Shown piece after piece: positions 27,140-40,525 of a DNA stretch of 64,000 bases. How positions within the stretch are numbered: position 1 is the first letter of the stretch; each line of letters starts with the position of its first letter. The notes beneath the pieces were generated by a model that worked only from the letters and a program-made list of their open reading frames with translations, did not search any database and was not told where the DNA came from. A program made the translations under genes and the position numbers. The DNA is taken from assembly GCA_964016885.1 (NCBI GenBank), contig OZ024741.1:95790001-95854000 (forward strand), in the 5' to 3' direction. The DNA is from Eledone cirrhosa. Lineage: Eukaryota.

Positions 27140-27800
27140 ACAAGTGGTGGTGATGGCGGCGGTACTTGTACTGCTGGTGATAGTAGTGGTAGTGATGGTT
27201 GCAGTGGTTGTGGTGGTGGCGGTGGTGGTGATGGTGGTGGTGGTGGTAGTGGTGGTGGTGGTGATGTTTGTGGTGATGATGGTAGTGGTGGTGATGGTGG
27301 TGATGGTGATGTTAGTGGTGGTGATGGTAGTGGTGGTGAGGTTGGGTGGTGGTGGTGGTGATGATAGTAGTGGTGGTGATGGTAGTGTTGGTGATGGTGG
27401 TTGTGGTGGTAGTGGCGGTGGGGGTTGTGGTGGTGGTGATGGTAGTGGTGGTGGTGGTGGTAATGTTAGTGGTAGTGGTGGTGGTGGTGATATTAGTGCT
27501 AGTGATGGTGGTGGTGGTGATGGTAGTAGTGACGGTGGTTGTAGTGGTGGTGGTGATGATGGTGGTGGTGATGGTGGTGGTGGTGGTGATGTTAGTGGTG
27601 GTGATAGTTGTGGTGGTTGTGGTGGTGGTGTTTGTGGTGGTGGTTGTGGTGTTGGTAGTGGTGATGTTAGTGGTGATGGTAGTGGTGGTGAAGGTTGTGG
27701 TGTTTGGGGTGGTTGTAGTGGTGGTGGTTGTGGTTGTGGTGGTGGTGGTTTGGTAGTGGCGGTGATGGTAGTGGTGGTGGTGTTGCTGTTATTGATGTTG
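27140..27800. repeat. Degenerate (GGT)n low-complexity tract
   Basis: GGT/GAT/AGT triplet mosaic. A complementary-type (CCA/CTA)n tract lies at 28100-28430. Confidence 0.9.
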
Positions 27801-27873
27801 TTGGTGAAAGTTTTAGATTCGACACCATCGTTTTGATATTCTCGGTGAAGTGAAAGACATTATTTATTTCCTT

Positions 27874-28060
27874 GTGGATTGGCAGTATCGGAAGCGGGTC
27901 GGACGCCATGCTTTGACGCAAAGAGTTATGGCCCTTGCCATTCTGAGTTCAAATCCTGCTAAGGATAACTTTGTCTTTCATCCTTAGGGGGTCGATAAAA
28001 TAAAGTACCAGTAATACACTGGGTAATTGCTGGCCTTGTGCCAAAAGTAGAAACAATTAT
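27874..28060 (+). mobile_element. SINE copy
   Basis: GTGGATTGGCAGTATCGG..GAGTTCAAATCC..GGGGTCGATAAAATAAAGTACCAG. Confidence 0.9.
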
Positions 28061-29027
28061 TATTTCAATGACTATATTACACTTTCTAACATCACCTCAT
28101 CCACTACTACACCAGCACTACCACACCATCACTACCACACCACCACTACCACAGCACCACTACTACACCAGCACTACCACACCATCACTACCACACCATC
28201 ACTACCACACCACCACTACCACACCACTACTCCACACCACCACTACCACACCACCACAACAACACTACCACTACCACACCACCACTACCACACCACCACT
28301 ACCACACCCCACCACTATCACACCACCACTACAACATCACCACAACCACACCACCACTACCACACCAACACTACCACACCACCACTGCCATACAACACCA
28401 CCACTACTACCCGACAACACCACAACTAGACCAATAAAACCCCTAACACGACCTCCTTCCTCGATTACACGGCATCAAAACAGCATCAAAACCATCCCCG
28501 CGAGCTAATAAAGAAGCCTTTTCGCAGTTCTATTTGCAAAACATTTCAGCCAAATCTTTCTCAACTGCTATGACACTGTCTCCAAATATGGTAAACTATA
28601 CAAAAGAAACTAATACTGAATATAATAAAGCAGAAATGTAGGCGTGGTCATGGTTAGAAGACCGACCGAATGATTTGTACTTGAAACGTGTAAATATTGT
28701 GACAGAATGACAATGGCTAGGAATCTACATGAATCCTTCTCTAAAATAAGTATAAAGATGTGTTACAGTCTTTAAAATGATCTCACAAGCAGCCTCAAAC
28801 AAAAAGGTTTGCAAATACTCCGGTAAAATTCACGACTTAATCGAGAATATAACAACAACAGTGACATCAATTCTACTAATATAAACATGAAGTTCCCTTG
28901 TTATCTCCCCTGCAACATAACAGTCCCACACAATATATTTTAAAATAAACGCTAACTCACAAAACTAAATATTGTTAACACGACACAAATTGAATTACAC
29001 ATCACAACATCAAGGACATAACAAAAA

Positions 29028-29218
29028 TACTGGGGTCAGCAAAAAAGTTCATATGCTGACCAAAATACTCTCATGGAATGACCAAATGAGGTTTATTTTT
29101 AAACAGCCATGAAAAGAGACAGTGCAGTTATTAATAAGAAAACTTCAAATGAATGAATTCACAGCTCTAGCATCAATCTTTCATAGTCAGCCTATGAACC
29201 TTTCAGCCAACCCTCCTA
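29028..29218. mobile_element. Mariner-derived MITE, second copy
   Basis: Reverse-orientation homologue of 6290-6490. Confidence 0.7.
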
Positions 29219-29253
29219 CATACAAACATTCATACAAACAGACACATAAAAAC

Positions 29254-29362
<109 letters not shown>

Positions 29363-29514
29363 TAGACGGGTGTGTATGATTGTGTATAGAAGATTATATT
29401 AATAAGAGGAATTCCAACTTTGTCTGATTTACTCGTTTTATTTACAATCCTTTAAAATTTATAATGGTATTATAATGAAATAGTATGGTAGAATATTAAA
29501 TGTTAAGTGTTAAT

Positions 29515-29553
29515 TGAACAAGTACTTTCATGGTTTCGCAATCTTCAGGTTCA
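29515..29553 (-). ncRNA. Minimal hammerhead motif (left arm)
   Basis: Minus strand TGAAC-CTGAAGA-TTGCGAAACCAT-GAAA-GTAC-TT-GTTCA. Confidence 0.8.
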
Positions 29554-29643
29554 TAATGTGTGGTGACAGTCAAGTTTGCAATTTTCACAATTTTCACAAT
29601 TTTCACAGTTGAAAATTGCAAACTTGACTGTCACCACACACTA

Positions 29644-29682
29644 TGAACCTGAAGATTACGAAACCATGAAAGTACTTGTTCA
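29644..29682 (+). ncRNA. Minimal hammerhead motif (right arm)
   Basis: TGAAC-CTGAAGA-TTACGAAACCAT-GAAA-GTAC-TT-GTTCA. 5-bp stem I, palindromic AGTACT stem III, weak stem II. Confidence 0.75.
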
Positions 29683-29794
29683 ATTAACACTTAACATTTA
29701 ATATTCTACCATACTATTTCATTCTAATACCATTATAAATTTTAAAGGATTGTAAATAAAAGGAGTAAATCAGACAAAGTTGGAATTCCTCTTA

Positions 29795-29919
<125 letters not shown>

Positions 29920-30083
29920 TAACCTCTACGTGATCACCTGACTGTTAGAAATAGAAGACAAATTTCCTCTAATGACTCACTAACATCACTAAAAAACGAA
30001 GCTCATATTGGCAAATGTAGTTCGTGTTATACAAAACAAATTATACAGTTATAGTGTTAATGAGTACCAGGGATGTCCTTGGG

Positions 30084-30146
<63 letters not shown>

Positions 30147-30597
30147 AACAGCCACAGTAACATCGCAAGCAACATTGCTCACAGCCACAACAGTAAAACA
30201 CCAACACCATTATAAGACAATAAAGTAGAATTCCTATAAAGAATAAAAGCCGTATCATTATCCCATTAGCAATAACACATTCAATAAGATCTCAAGACAA
30301 GAAGAGCAAGAAGAACAATTAAACAATGAAGAACAAGAAAGCCACTACAGCAACAATGACGTTATCATCAACCTCATCAACAACAACAATAAAAACAACA
30401 ATAACAACAAATAAAAACATTAGCTGCCAATCAGAAATACTAACAAGGTAGGGAATCATCATTGTGAGGTTAATGTCCCTTCCCTGTGGAGAATGTGTCA
30501 GCAGGTATAGTCGTTAGACTTGATGCAATTAGCAATATCAACAAGCCTCAAAATGGTGGAAATTGTTTGTGCATAAGAGCTTATTATTCAGCTAATA

Positions 30598-30748
<151 letters not shown>

Positions 30749-31564
30749 TGTGCGTCACTCTACAAGCTTTTCTAGTCATTTATGTTATAACGCGCATCCA
30801 TGAACACATATGTATATGCATGTTGCCTTGTTTGCATATATATATATGTGTGTGTGTGTATGTGTGTGTGTGTGCATATATACATACACACACTCGTGTT
30901 TATTGTGTGTGGCTATAGCATGCCTGTATATGTGTGTCATTTTTTTGTATACGTTGTTTCGTGTGTATGTATGAGTGTGTGTGTGTGTGCATAAGCGAGA
31001 GTATGTATGTGCACAGATGTCTGTGATAGTTGTAGATAAGCAGATATATTGACTCATAGTCATTCAAGCATAACAAATTAACAGATAGACAGATAGACAA
31101 GTAGATTGGCAAGCATGCAAAGACGATGGAAGAGACGCAGAGAGAGATAAACAGGGGAGAAAACGTTGTACGGAAAGGGGCATACATACATGCGTACATA
31201 TAAACATACGTACATATATGATGGCTGCAAACTCTGCTAAGAGTATTGATATCGCTTGTCAGATTACAGAAAATGGTGCACTTTTAGGCTACGGCCAACC
31301 ACACAAATGTGTAACATATCCTTACCAAGCAGCGCCTGTGCTTTGAAGGTTTTTTAAGTGGGGAAAAGCCTTGCACTCGACCAATCCCACTCTGTGAGCA
31401 TCGAAAACACTACCTAAAAAGGAGAACAGGTCAACATCATCGGATGCTTCCAAAGCCGCAGGTTTTTTGGGTTTTTTTTCAGAGTTTCCCTCTCCTAGAA
31501 AGGTGTTGTGACAACAACAGGGGGCTTTTCACTCCCAGGTAAAAATAAAAATAAATAAATAAAC

Positions 31565-31745
31565 TATTTGGATGGCCATTGACTCTGCCGAGTTCCTCCG
31601 CCCTTTGCCGGGTCTTGTATTTCATCCCGCAAGGTGTCCAAATATCCTCCTCCTCACCAAGCAAGCTTGGTGGGGTTGCCGGTTTAGTCGCAGGCGACCC
31701 GACCATGAGACAGGTTGTACTGGGTTACCTGTTACCAGTAGCACT
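31565..31745 (-). mobile_element. Dispersed repeat homologous to 12730-12920
   Basis: Direct sequence similarity on the opposite strand. Confidence 0.6.
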
Positions 31746-32549
31746 CGAATTTGACCAGACATACATACAGCAATCTTGTGCAAACTCAATAGATCCGTTA
31801 TAGTTCTGGGGGACAGGGACCTTAAGTAATACATTGACGGATGTCAATGTAACTTATCAGATTGAGGAAAAAATAATGCATATTGTAGTCTAATACGGAA
31901 CTCACAGTTCTTGTATCCTGAGTATAGATTTTCGTTTATACCAAATATCTTAAGTGCATTGGATTACGTAACTACTGCTTTGCATAAAAAAACTGGAATA
32001 GTTGTGCTTTTCCAAGTAACAATAAAGAAATGGACTCGCCTCCTCCGAATCCTATCGAATAGTGGTTCGGAAAAGATGAGAAAACATTCTAAAAAAAATC
32101 TACATTTGAATTTTCAGGAATGAAATATGCATACAATTACACGCGTGCATAGGTAAGCAATTACTCATGCACACACAAACATCCGTGTCAAAAGTGGCGT
32201 GTATATTAGTAAAATATACGCAGGTATATACACCTATAAATATATATATCCTTTTACTTACATACATGTGCTTCTCCTCGTGTTCCCCCCTTTTTTCGGA
32301 GTGTTCTCTGCGGTTTTTCCCTTCTGTTTTGTTTAATTTTTTCTCTCTCTCCTTTTTTCCTTCCCCAATAACTTTCACAAGTTATTGACGCACTGGAATA
32401 AGACATATTGTCTTTGCGTTGAAATGTCGTTGACCTCCAGCTGACAACTGAAGAAGGGACTGTCCCTCGTTTGTACTTTCCTTTTATTTCTAAATACACT
32501 TTATCTAGTAACCACACAGCCCTTTGTTTCTTCTAAATTTATATATGTA

Positions 32550-33075
32550 CTAGCCAAATTACCCGCGCGTTGCTGCGTTTCAGACAATTTTTTTTTTTGT
32601 AAGAAAATTATTTTTGTTGATAATTTTTGCTGTCATGATACTAGTGATGTTTTGCCATAGATAAAATGTCTAAATTAGCCGAATTTTACTATAAAAGAGA
32701 GGTGCTTATTTTTGTTGATTTACCTTTAATTAATAGAAAAACCCCGTAATAATAGAGGCTCCAATATTCCAGTTATGGGCTTCCAAAATGTTCACTATAG
32801 GGGGTTTAACACCCATTAGGGTGTCTTTATTATTGAAATTTGCTGAAATTTTGTGAATCGGCATTATATCTTGTCATTTATCTATGGTTTAAATTTCATA
32901 TAAATTGAAGGGAAAAGATTTTCAGCGGGGGTTTGTGCCCCCGGGGAACCCTTTGATTGAAATGAAATATACTTATCCAAATACACTGGGCATTTTAGTT
33001 TCAGAATATATATGGTTATCCAAAAGCATAGGAGGCGTTCGTGAACAAACAAATACAAAACAATCAGGAACTACA

Positions 33076-33090
<15 letters not shown>
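32550..33090 (-). mobile_element. Probable non-autonomous Helitron
   Basis: Minus-strand 3' end is a GC-rich hairpin (CGCAGCAACGCGCG) followed by CTAG-T. The other end merges with TATATATAAAG. Confidence 0.55.
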
Positions 33091-33136
<46 letters not shown>

Positions 33137-33570
33137 CCTGACCGCTGCTACGTCACGATTCTTAACCATTTTTGAATGTATTCTTGGCGCGATCACTTCG
33201 GAAAATTTATTGCCTAGATTTGAGCTAACTCCTGAAGAGTCCGGTGCTCAAGGTTCCGAAGCTATCGGATATCTTAAAATGCGGACGAAACCATGGTCGA
33301 GGTAAATAAATGTATTCTCTTTTCTCCTAGTTTATTTTACACCTAATTCTGTTTAATTGACTGTATATCTGGGCGATTACGCTGTCGAAATATTCGATAA
33401 ATATTCCGTCGCAGCCGGCGCGAAGGGCTGGTTTCGGTTATTATTTGTTGGAGATTTCTTCATAGAAGCCTTATTCTTATAGCCTGGTCTATTCGATTTT
33501 TTATATGGTTAATTATGCTAATTGGGAGAGGAAATGGTATATATTTTATCTGGTGATTCTATAGACATGT
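33137..33570 (+). mobile_element. Family E HHR-bearing element
   Basis: Lies between (TA)n tracts. Homologous to 47245-47695 on the minus strand. Confidence 0.8.
33229..33301 (+). ncRNA. Type I hammerhead ribozyme motif (family E)
   Basis: CTC-CTGAAGA-GTCCG..CGGAC-GAAA-CCATGG-TC-GAG. GUC triplet, palindromic stem III, followed by AATAAA. Confidence 0.85.
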
Positions 33571-33574
33571 TTTA

Positions 33575-33651
<77 letters not shown>

Positions 33652-33657
<6 letters not shown>

Positions 33658-33766
33658 AAAAGGTTCAGGACCCTGGACCTTTTCCTATTACCCACTCTAC
33701 TACCCAAAGTATCGTGTACTCTGGTGCGTTATGGTCCATCTGGTTCCTTACCACACTTCCTTCGTT
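33652..33766 (+). mobile_element. Family B minimal fold-back plus tail
   Basis: ATAGGAAAAGGT..ACCTTTTCCTAT mini-palindrome followed by the family B tail. Confidence 0.75.
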
Positions 33767-33816
33767 ATATATATATATACTGTAGAAGTGGTTACACAAC
33801 AGTTAGTTCACCATAC

Positions 33817-33854
33817 CGAGAACAATTGTTTCACCTTAGTGGATCCTCAGTTCG
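33817..33854 (-). ncRNA. Minimal hammerhead motif (family C, left arm)
   Basis: Reverse complement of 33943-33980 with 2 substitutions. Confidence 0.7.
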
Positions 33855-33942
33855 TAATGGACATGGTTATACGGAACAGGAAGGACAACCGTACGAACGC
33901 ACATGCGGTTGTCCTTCCTGTTCCGTATAACCATGTCCATTA

Positions 33943-33980
33943 CGAGCTGAGGATCCGCTAAGGTGAAACAATTGTTCTCG
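33943..33980 (+). ncRNA. Minimal hammerhead motif (family C)
   Basis: CGAG-CTGAGGA-TCCGCTAAGGT-GAAA-CAATTG-TT-CTCG. Confidence 0.8.
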
Positions 33981-34476
33981 GTATGGTGAACTAACTGTTG
34001 TGTAACCACTTCTACCTAACTTGTCCCATGGACTGAGTGCTCTACCACTACAGATATTACCTTCCAGTGTTCTACCACTATATATATACTGTATATATAT
34101 AGGGAGAGAGAGAGAGAATCTGCGGTACTGAGACTGAGGAGACCACCAATGATGAGAGCACTCTATACATGGCTAGATGCAGAGGGGGTATAGAGGGATG
34201 TATAATCCCTACTGCGGTGCCAAGCGGTTTCGGCTTGTGTAAGCTTTGTGCCTCCGACATAATTATAGCTAACTCTCAATATATATATATGTATACATGT
34301 ATATATAAAAAAAGAATTTTTCGCTCTACATGGCTGAATACAATAAATGTAATCTGAGTTTTTTGAATATTAATAATAATATTCGATTCGTTTACAATTA
34401 TGCAAACGCCCTCATTTTTAAAGCCATTTCAGTAGAATGAGCCCCTCAATCTTGGTCTTGTGTTGGCATGTAAACA

Positions 34477-34526
34477 GAACTGCAGACAATAATGTTTCTG
34501 GGTATCACCCTTCATCAGTACATCTC
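34477..34526 (-). ncRNA. Hammerhead motif (family F, left arm)
   Basis: Reverse complement of 34584-34633 with minor changes. Confidence 0.75.
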
Positions 34527-34583
34527 ACTGTTCACCTGCCAACTGCCAGAGCTAGTGAAAATATATGTGAAAATATATACAGT

Positions 34584-34633
34584 GAGCTGTACTGATGAAG
34601 GGTGATACCCAGAAACATTAGTGTCTGCAGTTC
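34584..34633 (+). ncRNA. Type I hammerhead ribozyme motif (family F)
   Basis: GAGCTGTA-CTGATGA-AGGGT-GAT-ACCCA-GAAA-CATTAGTG-TC-TGCAGTTC. 8-bp stem I, GUC triplet. Confidence 0.88.
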
Positions 34634-34756
34634 TGTTTACATACCAAAATAAGAACAAGAATGAGTAGCTCATTCTACTGACGTGGCTTTTAAAATAAGC
34701 TTGTTTGCAAACGAATCGAATATTATTATTAATATTCGAAAAACTCAGATTACATC

Positions 34757-34846
<90 letters not shown>

Positions 34847-35729
34847 GATAGATAGACAGACAGATAGATAGATATAGGTATACTCATATATACTAGTTCA
34901 CTTTATCTCCTCAATTTATTAGTGAATACCGTGAATTCTACGAACATCCGGTAGTCATTTACTTAATTATATTATATTTTATTGTCCAAGTAAATGTCTT
35001 CATTTTCAACCAAAAGGATAAGGTTAGTTAAAGAAGAGAGCAGGAAATACAAAATAAAAACAAGAGGTAAATTCACACATAGTTTTAGACATATAAACAC
35101 TTTTGAATGTACTCAATTCATTTTCTTTTACTCTCCAAATCAAATGTAATTAGTTCACGTCCAAATTTAAGAGCGTACGCACACATAATATATAACTAAT
35201 CTACATATAAATTTGAGCGACTTCCGTCCGTCAAACAATGTGTGTGTTTGTGTGAATATATGTGTGTGTAAAAGGAAGGAAGGGGATGGTGGGAAATTTA
35301 TAGCGAAACAGCGGCTGGCGTTCCATTTGCTGTGTTGTGTGTGAGTGTATGCCTATGTGTGCGTTTGTGTAAATGTGTGTGTTTGTTTGAATGTATATGC
35401 ATTTTTGTGAATGTATGTCTGTGAGTGTGTATTTTTGTAAGTGTGTCTGTGTTTGCGCGTTAATATTTATATACTCATACATATATGTAGGCAAATGCAC
35501 CCCCCCCCCCCCACACACACAATCCTAGTGATGGAAAATATTTAATTTTGAACTGAAACTTATTGCTTTGATCTCGACAAATAAAGAAAATGAGTTGAAG
35601 ACATTCAAAATTGTTTCCTTCAATCTCTAAAAACTATCTTTGACTCTATCCTTTTTCTTTTTTTCCTTCTTTCGCTTTTCTCACACTCTATCCTTTTTAT
35701 TTAAAATTATATATATATCTTTGATAATC

Positions 35730-36065
35730 CAAACCCCAAATCAAGGGCCTTCTCACTCTTATTGGAGGAACCACTCCCTGTTTGACCTCCACGGCTTCCT
35801 ATCTCTGGCCATATTGGACCATGTGTAGCCAAGGTATCAGGTCAGATCGTCGTCCACTATCTTGGTGTCCACTGTATTACTCTAATAGTCCACCTGCTGC
35901 CCCTGAAACGAGATAAATGGCAGGCCTATCTATGTTTGCCCTTTCTTAATGGTCTTGAGTATGTCCTTTATTCCAATCTGTTGTTGAATCCAAGCGCTGC
36001 TCTTCTTGTCACGTTAGATGATACCGAGCATGATTCGCTCTATTTTACGTTGGGGCATTGCCATT
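35730..36065 (-). pseudogene. RTE LINE 3' ORF remnant
   Basis: Hand translation QRKIERIMLGI..KDILKTIKKGK..HLSR..SRWTIRV. Confidence 0.65.
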
Positions 36066-36317
36066 CTTTAATAATATAAAGAAGTAGAAAGTACAGAAAG
36101 AGTCTGGTCTGTGGATATGGAAGTAGTGAGAATTATTAAATATTATAAATATTGGTCTCAGTGAAAACTATATGTACTCCTTAGTATGATGTGAGTGTTA
36201 TTCAATTCGAACTTACTTTAAAACTGGGTATGTACTGATTCAGTTGCCTGACTTAGCATTGTGAGTATGTGAGGGGAGTGGCTTACAGACACACACACAT
36301 ACGAAGAAGAAGACGGA

Positions 36318-36321
36318 CGAC

Positions 36322-36383
<62 letters not shown>

Positions 36384-36670
36384 GGAGGAGGAGGAGGAGG
36401 AGGAGGAGGAGGGAGGAGGAGGAGGGGGACATTGGAAAAGGATGGGAAAAGAAGGAGGAACCTAAGAATGAGGAGGTGAATGAGCTTGGGGGAGGATAGC
36501 GATCTGGAGGAGGAGGAGCCAGAATGAAAAGACAAAGGAGAAGGAGCAATGAGACGACGACGACGACGACGACGAAGAAGAAGAAGAAGAAGAAGAAGAA
36601 GAAGAAGAAGAAGAAGAAGAAGAAGAAGAAGAAGAAGAAGAAGAAGAAGAATGAGGAGGAGGAGGAGGAT
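36318..36670. repeat. Compound trinucleotide microsatellites (GAT)n(GAG)n..(GAC)n(GAA)n
   Basis: Directly visible in the sequence. Confidence 0.95.
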
Positions 36671-36855
36671 AACGAAGTGATAGAGAGCTATATTGATAGA
36701 TAGAAAGATAGAGTTGTCAGGGAGTGAGGTTAGAACAGTGAGAGCGATTGTAAGAAAAATGAGAGAAAAGTTGATTTGAAGGAAGAGAAAGAGAAAGTCA
36801 AGGAAGAGCAAGTCACTGGAAAGATATATATATATATGTATATATATGTATATAT

Positions 36856-36982
36856 AAGGAAGTGTGGTAAGGAACCAGATGGACCATAACGCACCAGAGT
36901 ACTCAATACTTAGGGTAGTAGAGTGGTCCAGAAATAGCCGTCGAAACTGCTTGAGCTCTGCCGTCGTGGTTAAACATTTTCC

Positions 36983-36984
<2 letters not shown>
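36856..36984. mobile_element. Family B element with collapsed centre
   Basis: Tail in the same orientation as 3671, joined directly to the right arm (GTCCAGAAATAGCCGTCGAAAC..TTTTCCTAT). Confidence 0.75.
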
Positions 36985-37060
<76 letters not shown>

Positions 37061-38169
37061 CATGTATATGTATATATATATATAGAGAGAGAGAGAAGAG
37101 AGAGAGAGAGGAGGAGGGAGGCAGGCAGAGATAAAAAGATAGAGAAACAGGGGGAGATGATAGAGAAGACAAGTGTTGAATGAGACAAAGAGTGAGAGCG
37201 TAGAGATGAGAAAGAGAGAGAGCTTTTAGATTTGAATGCAGAAGAATACAAAAGACGTGTTAGGTTCAATCTGTGAGCTTTCAGCACATGCGTGTATATA
37301 CTCGTGTTAGCTTGTGTGTGTAAGTTTTCAGGATTGTTGTACGTACCTGTGTGCCTGTGTCTTTGTTTGTTTGTGTGTGTTGTATTTATGTGTGAATGTT
37401 TGTGTATTTGTGTGTGTTTGTGTGTGTTTGCCTTTCTGAATGTATGTGTATGTATACGTATTTGTGAATGTAAGACTTTGCGTATGAATATCTATGAACG
37501 TATTGGAATTTGCATTAATGTGTGTTTTGTGAGCTTGAGAGAGAAGGGAGAGAGAGGGAGAGAGAGAGAGAGATTATGGTTGAGAGTGTGAATGTAAGTG
37601 AGTATGAATATGTGTGTGTATGTAATTGGTTGTTATATATGAGTTTCTGTGGCTGAACACCTGTGTGTTTGTGTGTGTTTCAATCAAAATGATTAAGATA
37701 TGTTCATTAAATTGCCATTCACTGCAGGACTTCGGCGACCATCGGCCGCCATATTGCGTTTTATTCAAACGGAGATTGTCAAAGCAGTTTCCGTTGAACA
37801 AAACCTGTAATTGGGAAATCATCCAATCCTTAATCAGGAAACACTAAACATCATGTCACGTGACTTGAACTTATCGATGGTAACATACTGTTGCGATCGC
37901 CTTAATTTCTTCCGTTCATAGACGTTGTTGTTGTTGTTGTTTTGTTTAGCCCTAGGTCAGCTATGTTCATTCCAACCAGGTCCATTCCATCTTTTTGTAT
38001 ATTAGAGAATACAGCAAGGTGTAATTTAGGTGAAATTTGGCTGCTATTTCTTGCCGATCGAGCAAACATCGTCATTGGGTATAATAGCTGAGCTGTGTCT
38101 ATGTACGTATGTTTGCCTACATATTGTGTGTGTGCGTAAGCGTTCGGTGCGTGTATTTATAGTGTGCGT

Positions 38170-38735
38170 GAGTTAGGATATATTTAGGGTTAGAGTTTGC
38201 GTTAGGATTAGTGTTGGTGTTATGGTTAGTGTTAGGGCTCACGTTAGGTTTAGGGTTAGGTTGAGTTTGATTCGCAGTTGATGTCGATATTGGGTTAGTG
38301 TTAGATTTAGTGTTATAACTAGTGTTAGTGTTATGGTTAGGGCTAGTGTTAGGTTTAGGGTAAGGTTAATGTTGTGGTTAGGGTTAGGCTTATGTTTATG
38401 TTCGGATTAAAAATAGGGTTAGGGTTAGAATTAGGCGTCATTTCAATTTTATAGCATGTTTCAGGGTTAGAGATATGGTTATATTTGGAGTTAGGGTTAG
38501 GGTTAGTAGTAGGATTAGGTTTATGGTTTGGTATAGAGTAAGTCTTATAGTGCTAGTTTAGAGTTAGTGTTAAGGGTTAGGTATAGTGTTATGTTTAGGT
38601 TTCATTTTAGAGTTAGGTTCAGTTATTTTTAGGGATAGGATTATTGTTAGGGATAAGGTTAATGTTTGGTTTATGATTATGTTTAGGGTTAGGTTTAGCT
38701 TTAAAGTTAGAGTTAGTGTCATAGTTAGGTTTGGT
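38170..38735 (+). repeat. Degenerate interstitial (TTAGGG)n-like tract
   Basis: About 560 bp of TTAGGG/TTAGTG/TTATGG hexamers. Confidence 0.85.
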
Positions 38736-39561
38736 GATGAGTAGTGTGTATTGTGTTCTGTATACTGTGTGAACATATTTGTGAGCATGTGTTTTGTTGT
38801 TGCTGTTTTTTTGTGTATGTTTGTGCGTTGTATAATGTTTTCTCTGCTTTATGTACAATACATACTGATTGTTCTTGCTTTTTTTCTTCTTTAGACCTAT
38901 GTGAACCTTCATTAACAAACCTACGATCATAGTAGGAATATCTAGAATTATATTATAAATGTATCCTTTGTTTTAATGATGATAATTTTATGTGAGGCTG
39001 CTATTTCTATGATGTCAAATATCCACGTTGGCTAACAGAATATGATGTTAGTTTCATTAATATTATTTAACTACTCCAGTTCTGTACATCCCGTTACTGT
39101 TTCCGTATATACGGTATCCAATATGTCTTATCCAATATGTCTTACCTGGTTTTAGAAGATGTGGTAAGATATCAGAGGGATTTTACCCCAGATCAACCTT
39201 AATTAGTTAAATCTATGATCAATGTTATTGCAGCTGAGTCCAAATTTTGATAAACTAACTGCTCCTAACGGAAATGCTACATGTCAGATGTGAAATATTT
39301 TGATGGCAGGAAAAATAGTTTTCCCTTTACTTTCGTTGCTCATCGCCTTTTTGTCAATAAAAATGTTATTGGGGGAATGGTACAGTACCAGCCTCAGTTG
39401 CATCTTCGCTGGTACCACATGAGATATGTGTGTCAATATATATATATTTCTCTATATATGAATGAAGGTTGGTGAGTTGGCATATCTGTCTTTCTCTTGC
39501 TCCCCACCTCCCTCTCTCTCTATATATATTTGCAGGTATCAATATGCACACACACACACAC

Positions 39562-39714
<153 letters not shown>

Positions 39715-39827
39715 GTTGTTGTAGAGTCAGGTTGGATCTGTAACAGATCCTGCCTCGAGCTGATCGACGGAGAAACATATGTAATATGTTAATAAATTGT
39801 AGTTTGCTGCAATTCTGATTCCTCGTT

Positions 39828-39869
<42 letters not shown>

Positions 39870-40215
39870 CACGCACGCACATACCGACCTACACCCTACC
39901 CCACGCACACACCTTTTCCTGAACACGGAACCTCGTTGTTCCTCCAACTCTCACATTCACATACACACGCACACATACACACACGTACACCTACACACAT
40001 ACACAAACACCACTTTCAGCCCTCCCCGCTCGGACCCCCGCCTTCCTCTCCATACTCCACCCGCCACCACCCCTACACGCCTCACACCCTTCCACCACTT
40101 GTTTATCTATATGTTTATTTTTATTTTTATTTGTATCCCCTCCACCCCCCTTTTTTTCTAAATGTCTCTCCCCCACTCCCCCACACACCCTCGGAACTCT
40201 CTTCCTACCCACTTT

Positions 40216-40247
40216 TCTCCTGATGAAGGGCTTATGCTCGAAACGTC
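40216..40247 (+). ncRNA. Degenerate minimal hammerhead (family-D-like, stem I partner lost)
   Basis: CTGATGA-AGGGC-TTAT-GCTC-GAAA-CG-TC. Downstream AGCGTGAACCTAATA resembles family D. Confidence 0.5.
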
Positions 40248-40351
40248 CTCCCCCCACTCTCAAGAGCGTGAACCTAATAAACTTTTATTTATACTGCCTC
40301 TCTGTTTTTGTTCCCGTCCAAGTTTTCACTATATATATATATATATATATC

Positions 40352-40427
<76 letters not shown>

Positions 40428-40431
40428 TGTG

Positions 40432-40525
<94 letters not shown>

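Larger units (their letters stand above)
33782..34080. mobile_element. Fold-back palindromic HHR element, family C (arms 33782-33893 / 33904-34015, tail to 34080)
   Basis: 112-bp arms with about 3 mismatches. TA flanks. Confidence 0.9.
34307..34755. mobile_element. Fold-back HHR element, family F (arms ~34347-34530 / 34580-34755)
   Basis: Moderately diverged inverted arms with TA flanks. Same family as 40969-41439. Confidence 0.85.

Noticed and set aside
27113-28508. Gly-rich, Val-rich and His/Thr-rich ORFs
   Set aside because: They come from degenerate (GGT)n/(CCA)n tracts with frame changes.
32405-32470. CTGAAGA plus AGGGA/TCCCT hairpin as a hammerhead
   Set aside because: No GAAA follows stem II and no consistent stem I exists in any topology.
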